Positions 12,483-25,229 are shown, numbered from the stretch's first letter. The stretch: 55,627 nucleotides of DNA from Octopus sinensis (GCF_006345805.1 NW_021833759.1:1-55627), one strand, 5' to 3'. Numbers and translations: made by a program. The notes: a model not told the origin generated them from the sequence alone.

Positions 12483-12771
12483 TAATTATTTCTTGTCGAT
12501 CACTACTAACACTAAGGAAAATTTCTACATTTAAACAAGTTGATGCACAGTTTTTTTATATTATTCACTGATATGAACATATAAAATTGTCAACCTTGAA
12601 ACTTTTAAGCATGTTTTTCTAATTCATAATTCTAAATTTTTATCATTAATAAAAAATATTGTTGAAACTAGCTTGGAATATAGGTAAATAAATCTATGTA
12701 AGTAACTACAAGTTTTTCAAGTTTAAGTGCATTTTCAACAACAAATTTGCATATATATATACATATACTAA

Positions 12772-12870
<99 letters not shown>

Positions 12871-12872
12871 GC

Positions 12873-12903
<31 letters not shown>

Positions 12904-13255
12904 TATACTGTCTGAGGTACCCGGTAATAATCGGGAGCGTGAATATTCCCAGTACCCATTACACTGCCTAATTCTCTATAGTAAGTGGGACTGAATCCGG
13001 AACCATGTGGTTGGTAAGCAAGCTACTCCTGAAATACAAGGAGACGAGCGAACTTACCTCAATACCATCTAGAAATTTGGACATCGATGCTTCGCTATTC
13101 TTGTGGCTTATAACATTCGGCGCAATTGTGGTTGATAATATATAATATATATATATATATATAGAATATATATATATATATATAATATATTATATATATA
13201 TAATATCTATATATATGTATATGTATATGTATTATATATATATATTATATGTATG

Positions 13256-13309
<54 letters not shown>

Positions 13310-13749
13310 GTATGTATGTATGTATGAATGTATGTATATATATATATACGATATCAATCTATAGATACTATATCTACAAATATAAATATAGATATATTTA
13401 GAAATGCGTATGTGTGTGTGTATTTCTTCAGAGCCTTAGGAAGGACAATTTGCCTCCTTTCAAAAGGAAGCGTATGTAAAATTCCTCCGTTGTGTGTCGT
13501 TGTGGGCATATAACATAGTATCAACATGCCACACACATACACACACACGTTCACATACATACATTCGTGCATACACACACACACATGCACACTCACACAC
13601 ATACACATTTGCACACAGCCGCATGTGTATGCAGACATGTACGCATTACTAATAGGGAGTATGGTTGCAAAAAACATCGAAAGTCATCGTTAAATGCTTT
13701 ACTCCACAAAAAGTTCACAAAGTGGAATATATTAGATTGTGGTGAAGAG

Positions 13750-13980
13750 GGGGGGGAATTGAAGGAAGGGATGAGAAACGAGGAAAAGGAGGAGGAGGAG
13801 GAGACGAAGGAAGCGGAGGAGGAGACGAAGGAGGCGGAGGGGGAGGGGGAGGCGGAGGAGAAGGAGGAGGAGGAGACGAAGTAGGTGGTGGAGGAGGAGG
13901 CGGAATTTGTGGTGGTCGTGGTGGTGGTCGTGGTGGTGTTTTAGGAGGAGGAGGAGGAGGAGGAAGAGAGGGGGGAGGAC
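13750..13980. repeat. (GGA)n/(GGT)n purine-rich repeat
   Basis: Direct inspection. Confidence 0.9.
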
Positions 13981-14697
13981 TCTAAGATTTCGATCTTGTT
14001 CCTACCGGAAACGTCAGCTCTCTCCTTCTCCACTTCCTCCACATCGTAGAAAACTTATTTCACTCTGTGAACTTGTGCTTCCTATTTTACAAAGAGAAGA
14101 CCATCATTAATATTTTTTCACGGGTTCTTTTTTGGTTTTTTTTACTGATTCGTGTAAATACTTTCTTCGTAGCATTTGTTTCTTTATGCAATTCTCTTTC
14201 AGAGTTTCCTTCCAACCGGTGTTGGTATCTCTTCGGAAGCCTCCTTCTACATAATAATAACAAGCAATAAATATTTTGAACTCAGTCACCTCAACTATTA
14301 CCCCACCCCCTTCGCTTCGCTTCTCTCACCAAACATTAACACGTGACTAGAGGCGAAATAGTGCAATAGATTAAAGAAAGCAATAAGTAATACAAAACAA
14401 AAACTCACAATAAAAATACAATTACGAATATCTAAAGTTACAACAATTAATCTGTGTCTTTGTGTAGGAAGCAATGTAACAAATGAGATTACTAATTGGA
14501 TCCGATTCTGGACTATAACTTAATACTTCCGGTTTCAGGAAGTTTCGTCGCTGTTATTGTTATTGTTGTGGCTTTTGCTTTTGTGGGTGAGTCCCAGGTA
14601 GTCGTCATCGAGCAGAATAATGATCAAAGGCACTCCAGTTCTGATCGTCCTGTATTTTTACTGAGCGAGTTATAAACAGTAGCTGCAGCACATCGTG

Positions 14698-15003
14698 ACG
14701 TATATTTGCCATTTAAATATGGCTAACCCCTAAGGGTGGATGCCACTGTAGTTTGTAGCCCCAGGAGGACACCTCCTCCAGCTGGCTATAGACACACTTT
14801 CTGTGCCCTATTAGTATTTGCCAAGGGAAACCATCCTTCCCGTCTTCAACTTATGATAGACACGGACTCGAGTTTCTTGGCAAATACTGATAGGGCACAG
14901 AAAGCGTGTCTATAGCCAGCTGGAGGAGGTGTCCCCCTGGGGCTACAAACTACAGTAGCATCCACCCTTAAGGGTTAGCCATATTTAAATGGCAAATATA
15001 CGT
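14698..15003. mobile_element. Long palindrome, probable foldback MITE
   Basis: About 125-bp arms (TATATTTGCCATTTAAATATGGCTAACCC.. and reverse complement) with few mismatches and about 50-bp spacer. Confidence 0.75.
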
Positions 15004-15892
15004 GTATTTTTACTGTCTGCTGGAAAACCTTACACAAATATAATCCAAAGTGTACTTCTTAAAGACGATAAGGTAGATTCGAAAGTTGGTATTATTTCCA
15101 GACAGGTCGACCACAAAGAGGTTTCTGGTACATTGCTGTTAACCAGTTAACACCATCTACGTTTGAGTGGTTTCAAATGAGTCTACTCTGGTGCAACTAT
15201 TCGGGACAATTCTTCGACCAGAAGACGGTTTCCGCTGTTCCTAAATCTATTCAACGTACCCCGTTTGACTTGCCTTGCTTTGGGCCTTCAACACATTGAT
15301 GGTGTTGCAGGGGTACCATTGTAAACTACGGTGTCTCTTGAACCTGGTAAAACCTATCTTTCTTCAGATCAAATCACAGAAAATTTCTCAAGAAAGATAC
15401 AGAAATGACGAGAATCGCCTCCGGTATACGACATGCAGTTTGTTTATGGCCTACAAGAAAGGCAAAGCTGATTTGGGTTGTATTTGAACTTAGAGTGCAA
15501 AGAGCTGGAGCAAATGCTATTACGAATATTTATCCTTCGCTCTAACAACCGGCTAATTCGCCTCCTAGCTGTTGATAACGTTTTCTTTGACTTCACGTTT
15601 GTTAGTATCCATGGAGCTATATCTAACTGTATTCAATAATTCAACATATTTAGGGAAAAGATATTAGTTCTTAACATTATATCCTTCCGGCAAAAGTTAC
15701 CCATCTGTTGGTTATATATCCAGCTCTTTTTCGTGTATTGAAAATTTCTTGACACATCATTTGAATTGAGTCTCACTCCTATTCCATTTTTTGCAATTAC
15801 CTCAGGATTGCTTATGGCTCTCACAGTTCTCCGTGTGTAAGTTATTGAATTTGCCCACATCATATCTCACTAATTAGACTCTTTGCCAATAC

Positions 15893-16262
15893 TCTCTTTT
15901 ACTCTTTTACTTGTTTCAGTCATTTGACTGCGGCCATGCTGGAGCACCGCCTTTAGTCGAGCAAATCGACCCCGGGACTTATTCTTTGTAAGCCCAGTAC
16001 TTATTCTATCGGTCTCTTTTGCCGAACCGCTAAGTGACGGGGACGTAAACCACCAGCATCGGTTGTCAAGCAATGCTAGGGGCACAAACACGACACACAA
16101 ACAACACACAAATACATATATATATACATATATACGACGGGATTCTTTCAGTTTCCGCCTACCAAATCCACTCACAAGGCTTTGGTCGGCCCGAGGCTAT
16201 AGTAGAAAACACTTGCCCAAGATGCCACGCAGTGGGACTGAACCCGGAACCATGTGGTTGGT
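15893..16262 (-). mobile_element. SINE family A
   Basis: (CTTTTACT)n tail, shared body, internal microsatellite, head truncated near 16262. Confidence 0.9.
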
Positions 16263-16639
16263 CGTCTTTCATTTTCATGACAACGTTTCTCACACAGAAT
16301 CATCTACGGAAGCTATTTCCAAGTGAGGTAGGAATCACAACAAGCTAGACGGCGTTTTACTGCTGGAGTGTTAGGTCTGACCTTGAGAGTGAGCGAGGAA
16401 TGACCTTGTGAGTGGTTGCCTGTAGTGTTGTGAGGCATAATAATAAATTGTCTAATCATACGCAAACATAACTTAGTATTTCTTATTTTCTGTTTAACTG
16501 CATACTCCAAATTTCATTACAAACCATAACTGGTTCAATTTCGTGTTACGTCAATTACATTTTGTACAGAAGGGCAAAGATCTGACAGCGAATGTATTCA
16601 GAAAGATTGCCTATAATATGTATAGGAACAAGGCCCGAT

Positions 16640-16825
16640 ATTTTGGGAGAGGGGCCCAGTCGATTAGATCGATCCCAGTACACTACTGGTACTTAATTTA
16701 TCGGCCTCGAAAAAGATAAAACGCTAAGTAGACCTCAGCTGAATTTGAACTCAGAACGTAAAGACAGACGAAACAGCACTAAGCATTTCGCGGCGCATGC
16801 TAACGTTTCTGCCAGCTCGCCGCCT
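16640..16825 (-). mobile_element. SINE family B, degenerate
   Basis: GAATTTGAACTCAGAACGT..AAGCATTTCG..CTGCCAGCTCGCCGCC. Confidence 0.8.
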
Positions 16826-16949
16826 CAATGGCAACGTTATTACTTATTCTCTCTTATGAAATTTAACTTTATTAAAAAGAAAAGTAAAGTCTAATAAAAT
16901 ATATAGCAATCTAAGGGTTACAGGTTCATTTCCCCCTTCGGGAGCCCTG

Positions 16950-17030
16950 GTATTGGTGGTGCCCCAGTATGGCCACAGCCGTTGAGTTGAAGCATATAAA
17001 AGAAAAGAATAAAAGAATGATATTTGCGTT
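16950..17030 (+). mobile_element. CR1-type LINE 3' tail fragment
   Basis: GGTGGTGCCCCAGTATGGCCACAGC followed by (GAATAAAA)-like repeats; matches the minus-strand end of the CR1 at 28826. Confidence 0.65.
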
Positions 17031-17210
17031 TTCTTTCAGAATATTTTTTTCGAAGGGTCCCCATTTATGAAAATGTGGGGAAATGCTCTTTGGGCGTAGA
17101 ATACAGGAGTCGGAACGCCAAAAAGTCTTGAAAATGAAGCAGAACAATTAATATTACATGTGGTGCCCTCTGAATATATCCGTTTATGCAAGGGAGATAA
17201 CTATTCATTT

Positions 17211-18822
17211 ACAACACCAGTGATTTGAAGGATATTTAGCTGCTACTTCTAGAAAGTCCAGCAGCAATATAGAATTCTTTCCTTGACTCGGACCAATAAA
17301 ATACAGCATCTGATTAAGCAACTTCGAAACAAAATCAACAATGAAATATTTGAAAATCTTACAACACCAGTGATTTGAAGGATATTTAGCTGTTACTTCT
17401 AGAAAGTCCAGCAGCAATATAGAATTCTTTCCTTGATTCGTACCAGTAAAATACAGCGTCTGATTAACCAACTTCGAAACAAAATCAACAAAGAAATATT
17501 TGAAAATCTTACAAAACCAGTGATTTGAAGGATATTTAGCTGCTACTTCTAGAAAGTCCAGCAGCAATATAGAATTCTTTCCTTGACTCGGACCAATAAA
17601 ATACAGCATCTGATTAAGCAACTTCGAAACAAAATCAACAAATGAATATCTGAAAATCGTACAACACCAGTGATTTGAAGGATATTTAGCTGCTACTTCT
17701 AGAAAGTCGAGCAGCAATATATAATTCTTTCCTTCACGAAACCAGTAAAATACAGTGTCTGATTAACCAACTTCGAAACATAATCAACAAATAAATATTT
17801 GAAAATCTTACAACATCAGTGATTTGAAGGATATTTAGCTGCTACTTCTAGAAAGTCGAGCAGCAATATAGAATTCTTTCTTTGATTCGTACCAGTAAAA
17901 TTACAGCATCTGATTAACAAACTTCGTACAAAACCAGTGATTTGAAGGATATTTAGCTGCTACTTCTAGAAAATCGAGCAGCAATATAGAATTCTTTCCT
18001 TGATTCGTACCAATAAAATACAGCATCTGATTAACCAGCTTCGAAACAAAATCAACAAAGAAATATTTGAAAATCTTACAACACCAGTGATTTGAAGGAT
18101 ATTTAGCTGTTACTTCTAGAAAGTCGAGCAGCAATATAGAATTCTTTCTTTGATTCGTACCAGTAAAATACAGCGTCTGATTAACCAACTTCGAAACAAA
18201 ATCAACAAATGAATATCTGAAAATCGTACAACACCAGTGATTTGAAGGATATTTAGCTGCTACTTCTAGAAAGTCGAGCAGCAATATAGAATTCTTTCTT
18301 TGATTCGTACCAGTAAAATACAGCGTCTGATTAACCAACTTCGAAACAAAATCAACAAAGAAATATTTGAAAATCTTACAAAACCAGTGATTTGAAGGAT
18401 ATTTAGCTGCTACTTCTAGAAAGTCCAGCAGCAATATTCTTTCCTTGATTCGTACCAGTAAAATACAGCGTCTGATTAACCAACTTCGAAACAAAATCAA
18501 CAAAGAAATATTTGAAAATCTTACAACACTAGTGATTTGAAGGATATTTAGCTGCTACTTCTAGAAAGTCCAGCAGCAATATAGAATTCTTTCCTTGATT
18601 CGTACCAGTAAAATACAGCGTCTGATTAACCAACTTCGAAACAAAATCAACAAAGAAATATTTGAAAATCTTACAAAACCAGTGATTTGAAGGATATTTA
18701 ACTGCTACTTCTAGAAAGTCGAGCAGCAATATAGAATTCTTTCTTTGACTCGTACCAGTAAAGCACAACGTCTGATTAACCAACTTCGAAACAAAATCAA
18801 CAAATAAATATTTGAAAATCTT
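17211..18822. repeat. Tandem array, 11 units of a 150-bp monomer
   Basis: Unit starts 17211, 17361, 17511, 17661, 17810, 17928, 18078, 18228, 18378, 18523, 18673; three units shortened to 149, 118 and 145 bp. Confidence 0.97.
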
Positions 18823-19669
18823 ACTATCTTTTAACTTCTTATCTATAAACGCAAATTTGCAAACAGTCTGCAAGTATTTGCACCAACTTACCATTATTTG
18901 TCTTCGCAAATAATGATAATGGGCATAGCGACATAGACCGATTATTAGTTCTGGTATAGATATGAGAAGTCATAATCACATATTGTTTGTTATTACAGGC
19001 GTCTGGTATGTATGCCTAAGTCACTGTTTTATTGCAGTTAATTAGAGTTTTAAAAGCGCGTTCTGAACGAATTAGACAAATTTGCTTGGCACGTTTACAA
19101 ATAAACCACCAGGGTTACAATTTTGTTTTTAAGAAACGATTCCGATTTGCTAAATCTGTTAATGAAGAAAACGTATATTGCTTACTTCGTGAAGTCTAAC
19201 CTTGCCAACTTTTTACTTCGTTTTGTTGTACGCCTTGTGAGAGTGAAAGAATTAGAAGCGTTCTGCTGGATTAAAGTTTCATTGCTTCTATAGAATGTTT
19301 AAACGGTAGAAATGGTACCAATACGATCGCAGAAGACGATCCTGTTTTATGTAATTACAACACATCAACATTAAAATCTGCCCGCTTAACTGCATCCGGT
19401 TGTCTTCAAAATGTTTCATCGAGCTAAGAGTATATATATTCAACACAAATCGGATGTGCGTACACATGAAAACGTACATGTGTATATAATGATATGTGCA
19501 TTTGTAGGTGCATATAGACATCTGTGAGTATAAGTTTAAGTGATTTTTTTAATGTGTGTATGTGTGTCCACCTATCTACATACGCAACTGTATGTAGAGA
19601 CATAAGTGCAAGGGCGAAAGTATAAATGCAGTTGTGTAGTGGTAGCAGGTGAATATATGCGTGTATAAG

Positions 19670-19676
19670 CATCTCC

Positions 19677-19773
<97 letters not shown>

Positions 19774-20066
19774 AACGTAGGTTGTGACATATATATGTGA
19801 ATACATACAGTTATATATGCTGGACGGACGAAAGTGTGTGTGCATATAAGTGTATGTGTATGCAAGTGTGCATATAAGTGTGTGTTTATGCAAGTGTGTA
19901 TAAGTATTGGTGCGTATATGTATATGTGTATGTACATATATATATACATATATTTGTGTGTGTATAGATAGATAGATAGATATATAGATATGTGTGTATA
20001 TGTACTTCTATATGTATAAATTTGAGTGTGTGTGTGTGTGTGTGCGTTTGTGTGTGTGTGTGTGTG

Positions 20067-20102
<36 letters not shown>

Positions 20103-20125
20103 GTGTGTGTGTGTGCACATATATA
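19670..20125. repeat. (TA)n, (TAGA)n and (TG)n microsatellites
   Basis: Direct inspection. Confidence 0.9.
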
Positions 20126-20367
20126 AAAGCGTATGCTGTGATATATGTGAATCCAATAGACACTAAAAGATTTACGACTACCAAATGTCCCTGACCGAGT
20201 CAGCCGGAACCACCGGTCCGGTCCCTTGGGTCTCACAGCGTGATACTAGAATGGCAGGACATTTATCAAAAAGTTTAATGACATCGATTTACCTCTGCAT
20301 ATGTGAGACTGAGAGTGTAAACACAACAACAAGTCTGGATATCTAAGTAAACTATATGTGGGTACCA

Positions 20368-20600
20368 TACGGCGAGCTGGCAGAAACGTTAGCACGCCGG
20401 GCGACCTGCGTAGCCGTATTTCGTCTGTCGTTACGTTCCGAGTTCAAATTCCGCCGAGGTCGACTTTGCCTTTCATCCTTTCGGGGTCGATAAATTAAGT
20501 ACCAGTTACGCACTGGGGTCGATATAATCGACTTAATTCCTTTGTCTGTCCTTGTTTGTCCCCTCTGTGTTTAGCCCCTTGTGGGTAGTAAAGAAATATA
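20368..20600 (+). mobile_element. SINE family B monomer
   Basis: GGCGAGCTGGCAGAAACGTTAGCACGCCGG head, GAGTTCAAATTCC B-box, shared core and tail. Confidence 0.9.
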
Positions 20601-20861
20601 TATGTGGGTACCAACGCAAATAAATTTTTACTTTATTGCATGTTTTATTTATATTTTTCGTCTCATTTTTTAAAATTATTCCCTGCCTTTTTCTATAAAT
20701 TCGGAACGGAATCCGTCCCTCACTATTCCTGCCTAATAGTTTAAACTTTAAACATACTTTTACCAGCGCCATTTTGTATTAAAACCGGGTGAACCAAAGT
20801 TTATTTAACTGGATACCCCTTATTACATCACCCGATGCGCTTTCACCGAGGGATGCAGCAT

Positions 20862-21155
20862 CTTGGGCAAGTGTCTTCTACTATAGCCTCGGGCCGACCA
20901 AAGCTTTGTGAGTGGATTTGGTAGACGGAAACTGAAAGAAGCCTGTCGTATATATGTATATATATGTATATGTATGTGTGTGCGTTTGTGTGTCTGTGTT
21001 TGTCCCCCTAGCATTGCTTGACAACCGATGCTGGTGTGTTTACGTCCCCGTCACTTAGCGATTCGGCAAAAGAGACCGAGAGAATAAGTACTGGGCTTAC
21101 AAAGAATAAGTCCCGGGGTCGATTTCAAATGACTGAAACAAGTAAAGGGTAAAGA
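20862..21155 (+). mobile_element. SINE family A, 5'-truncated
   Basis: CTTGGGCAAGTGTCTTCTACTATAGCC..GAAACAAGTAAA. Confidence 0.88.
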
Positions 21156-21624
21156 GTATAACCAGTTGTACAGTATCCCGCCCATTAGGGATCAATACAG
21201 GATACGTTGAAACGATCGATCATAGCAATAAAATATCGTGTGTATTTCATTTCTCAACGAACAGTGAGAAATCGTTGTGTTTCGTATATTTCATTTCTCA
21301 ACATTCACTGAGAAATTCCCGAGTAATTCTAACGACAATTGTGTAAATACCATTGATAGCGTCAGGTAGCCATGGGCAGTAAACGTGCACCATCGGCTTA
21401 GTGCTACGAAGATGAGCAACACTTAAATATTTTCTTATATATAATACTCTTTTACTCTTTTTTATTTTTAATATATATATATATATTATATATATAATAT
21501 ATATATATAGTACAAAGTGAGATAGGGGTTATGATAGGGGTTATATATATATATATTCTTGTGTATGTGTATTTTGTTTCATATTTATATTTGCATTTTT
21601 ATATTTTTATAATTGTACTTTATA

Positions 21625-21641
21625 ATCTCTGACGAGGCCTT

Positions 21642-21690
<49 letters not shown>

Positions 21691-21780
21691 CTCATTTTTA
21701 ACTGCATATTACCTCAATACATCTGACTAATATAGGCAGAATGAGATACCTTTATCTACAGGTTGAAACAGCTGTAAGAT
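21625..21780 (+). ncRNA. Type I hammerhead-like motif with very large stem II loop (family D)
   Basis: ATCT-CTGACGA (21629-21635), stem II GGCCTTGAGATA/TATCTACAGGTT, GAAA (21765-21768), CAGCTG, TA, AGAT; stem I ATCT/AGAT; palindromic stem III; GUA triplet. Confidence 0.65.
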
Positions 21781-22791
21781 CAATTTTATGTGTATTATTT
21801 TTATGGTATTATCTTACTTATTGATGTATATTGTTTTATTCTGTTGGATTTGGATGTTCCTATTTATGTAGTTAATAAATAATATGAATTGGTAATATCT
21901 GTAAGTCGATGATTAAAATGAATCTGTTCCTCCATTTTCTTATTTGTATATATAAATTGAATATTAATTTAATTAACATCATCCCTTATACGTTCGTATG
22001 TATGTACGTATGTATAGTTTACAGATCCAATAGAGATAGAATCAACAAAAATACACTCCTCCATCCAGTGAGAGATATATATCATTTTAATACACAACCA
22101 AAAGAGCTATTACTAATATCAGGTTTTAATGACTCTTTAACTAGTTAAAGTATCATAAATGCATGAAACTATTAATAGCACTTTTGGTTGTATACGGAAT
22201 TTATATATATATATATATATATATATACATTAATCCACCTTTTGCCCATCAAAATGAAAGCCGGACATAAGCTACATTAGTGGATACTTCGAAATATTAA
22301 TGATCAAGTAATTAGAGAGAGAGTTATCTTTATCTTAGATATGGAGGTAGGATGATTCTATTCATAGAGATTGTATAAGGTGTTGTAATAATTCGTGCGT
22401 TAGAAATTAATCTATATTTGGCCGTGTCTTGTTAAAAATCCGTTGAGAATTTGTTGATGCGTTGCGTCAGTTTTTCGAATGTAAAACGCGGAAAATCATT
22501 TGAAATGATTTATTGATCGGGGCAGGAGTGTTACAGGCATACATACACACAACACACACACACACACAGCACGCACACACACATAAACACACGTGTCCGT
22601 ATGCGTACACGCATACACACACACATACAAACACAGACCAAAATACGTCGAGTAAATATTATGTTAATCTCTCAGATTAAACATATATGTGCCGTTCTCT
22701 AAATTTCTGTTTACTACATAAATAATTGGGTATAGTATAGGTGCATATTTAATTGTGAAACATCGTGCTTATACTGTACACACACATATAT

Positions 22792-22872
<81 letters not shown>

Positions 22873-22874
<2 letters not shown>

Positions 22875-23058
22875 CCATGATAGATCGTTAGCCACTACAC
22901 ACATTTTTTTTCTCTCCTTGTTTTTTCTGTATCCCCTTCTGTAGAAGAGCGTAGGCTCGAAAAGTAAAAGACTTTTTCTATTCCTGAGCGTTATACTAAT
23001 ACATCTGTTTGTTTTGTACACCACCTGTCTTCGTCTTTTGTTTTTCGTAAACTCTCCC
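22873..23058 (+). mobile_element. About 190-bp non-autonomous Penelope-type element, family B, hammerhead-like motif 22935-22970
   Basis: CTGTAGA-A-GAGC-GTAG-GCTC-GAAA-AGTA-AAAG; same ends as 30192-30383; inside (TA)n. Confidence 0.7.
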
Positions 23059-23072
23059 TATATATATATGTG

Positions 23073-23137
<65 letters not shown>

Positions 23138-23142
23138 ATATA

Positions 23143-23338
23143 GTTAATCCAAACATGAAAACACAAAGAGAAAACACGACAACGCGAAGACGTGGAACAA
23201 GTATAGTATGATTGGACGCTCAGGAAAGAGGGAGTGTTTAACGTTTCGAGCGGAGCTCTTTGTCAGAAACATAGGAAAAGGAAAGATCCAAAGAAGGGAA
23301 GACGGGAAAAAAAATCGCCAACGGTACACACGCGGTCA
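23143..23338 (-). mobile_element. About 200-bp non-autonomous Penelope-type element, family A, hammerhead-like motif 23235-23271
   Basis: Minus strand TGTTT-CTGACAA-A-GAGC-TCC-GCTC-GAAA-CGTT-AAACA; same ends as 27910 and 40185 copies; inside (TA)n. Confidence 0.75.
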
Positions 23339-23555
23339 TATATATATATATATATAATTCCATGACGGTAACACTGAGTATTTGCGGACATTTGCGTAAT
23401 ATAAATGGTAACAATGAAATCTAGGTATGTGGCTTATCACCAAATTTTATATCTTTTCATTTGTCTTGCTCGCTTTACGTTCTGGCGTTTGCCGAAATTT
23501 CTCGAGAACAATTTTTCTTAGGGGTCAGACCATATGAGGTCTTCCTCTAGCATAT

Positions 23556-23839
23556 TAATATATAAAGTTAAATAATGAGGATAGAAATTAATATTAATTA
23601 AATTAATATCAATTTAAACGTGTGCCTAGCATATTTAAAAAATCTGAAGATGCAGGAAAATGATATTACATACAAATAATATATTACATACAAATGGTCA
23701 TTTGTATGTAATATATTATTTGTATGTAATATCATTTTCCTGCATCTTCAAATTTTTTAAATATGCTAGGCACACGTTTAAATTGATATTAATTTAATTA
23801 ATATTAATTTCTATCCTCATTATTTAACTTTATATATTA
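23556..23839. repeat. 284-bp near-perfect palindrome with 2-nt centre
   Basis: 141-bp arms around GT at 23697-23698; I found one mismatch. Confidence 0.92.
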
Positions 23840-23863
23840 CCATTATTATTATTATTATTATTA

Positions 23864-23934
<71 letters not shown>

Positions 23935-24031
23935 TTATTATCATTTAGTAGTTTTATTTTTATAGCGTGCTTTCACTTCACTACCGAGCGCAGCTATGTG
24001 TGCCTTGGGTATGTGATGTGATTATTATTAA

Positions 24032-24071
<40 letters not shown>

Positions 24072-24093
24072 GTTGTTATTATCATCTTCATCA

Positions 24094-24187
<94 letters not shown>

Positions 24188-24198
24188 TATTATTGTTA

Positions 24199-24238
<40 letters not shown>
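23840..24238. repeat. (ATT)n/(ATC)n microsatellites
   Basis: Direct inspection. Confidence 0.95.
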
Positions 24239-24543
24239 AGATTTATACTAATGTATATGCTTAGTTTATTTTTTGTTGGGTGCAATGGCGTATCGGAGTA
24301 TGTACACTCTCGTTGTCACCGGTGATAAAACAACTTAGTCATCGATAACTCACTCTGAGTCCCATTTGGGAGTGATGGACATCGATGTTTCGCCATCTCA
24401 GCTTATCAATGAACTAAAGAGTGATTCAACTCCTCACACTCTCAAGCTGTTCATAGTCACCCACACCAAACCATACAGCAGCTATAATACCATGTACATG
24501 GGAAGCAAACTTCTTACGACAGAGCCACATTCTAAGCATATTA

Positions 24544-25109
24544 TTGGGTTGTCCGGAAAGTTCGTGCCGATTTTTAAAGAAAAGAAAAAGGTCAATAAAT
24601 AATTGCCATTACATATTTAATCAACCAAATATGAACCATTTTGTTGCACAATGCGTCTCCATTTTTCCTTTAATTTGAAAATACCCTCTTCCCCAAATCG
24701 AGGTGGTTTCATGGCAAAGAATTCATCAAGGTATCTTTTTACGTCATCCAAGGAATTGAAATTTTTACCATAAAGACTATTCTGCAGTTACCTGAATAAG
24801 TGGAAATCCGAAGGAGCAATATCTGGTGAATATGGAGGGTGGGGTAACATATCCCATCCGAGCTGCAGCAATTTTTGTCTGGTTCCCAAAGCATCAAGTG
24901 CCGAAAATGAACTTTCTCATCTTCTATTTTAAGGGGTTACAGAATTAACACAGGTTATAGGAACATAAATTTTCTTCCACGAAAAGATAGCTTAAACTGT
25001 GCCCTAAATGGAGATGGAGTCAAATCCTATTTTATGGACTCAACCATGTTCTAAAATAAGTCGAAAGGTAAGCTGCTATAAATCGGCACGAACTTTCCGG
25101 GCAACCCAA
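24544..25109 (-). mobile_element. Internally deleted mariner (MITE)
   Basis: TIR TTGGGTTG.CCGGAAAGTTCGTGCCGAT at both ends, TA TSD; retains C-terminal HPPYSPDIAPSDFHLF coding remnant on minus strand. Confidence 0.92.
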
Positions 25110-25229
25110 TAGTTATTTATATTTTATTTTCTCGAACTAAGTTCCAGGCTAGAGGTTGATAGGAAAGTAGGCTTTAGCTATTAGATGAAAATTCAAAAAT
25201 ATCCATACAAACATTAAAAAAAAAACACT

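Noticed and set aside
15600-16520. Weak LINE-linker (15633-15863) and mariner-like (16262-16510) peptides
   Set aside because: Similarity too faint to call without a profile search
17211-18822. 150-bp array as a CRISPR array or repeat protein gene
   Set aside because: No unique spacers, no cas genes, eukaryotic context; three units break the frame and no domain is recognisable
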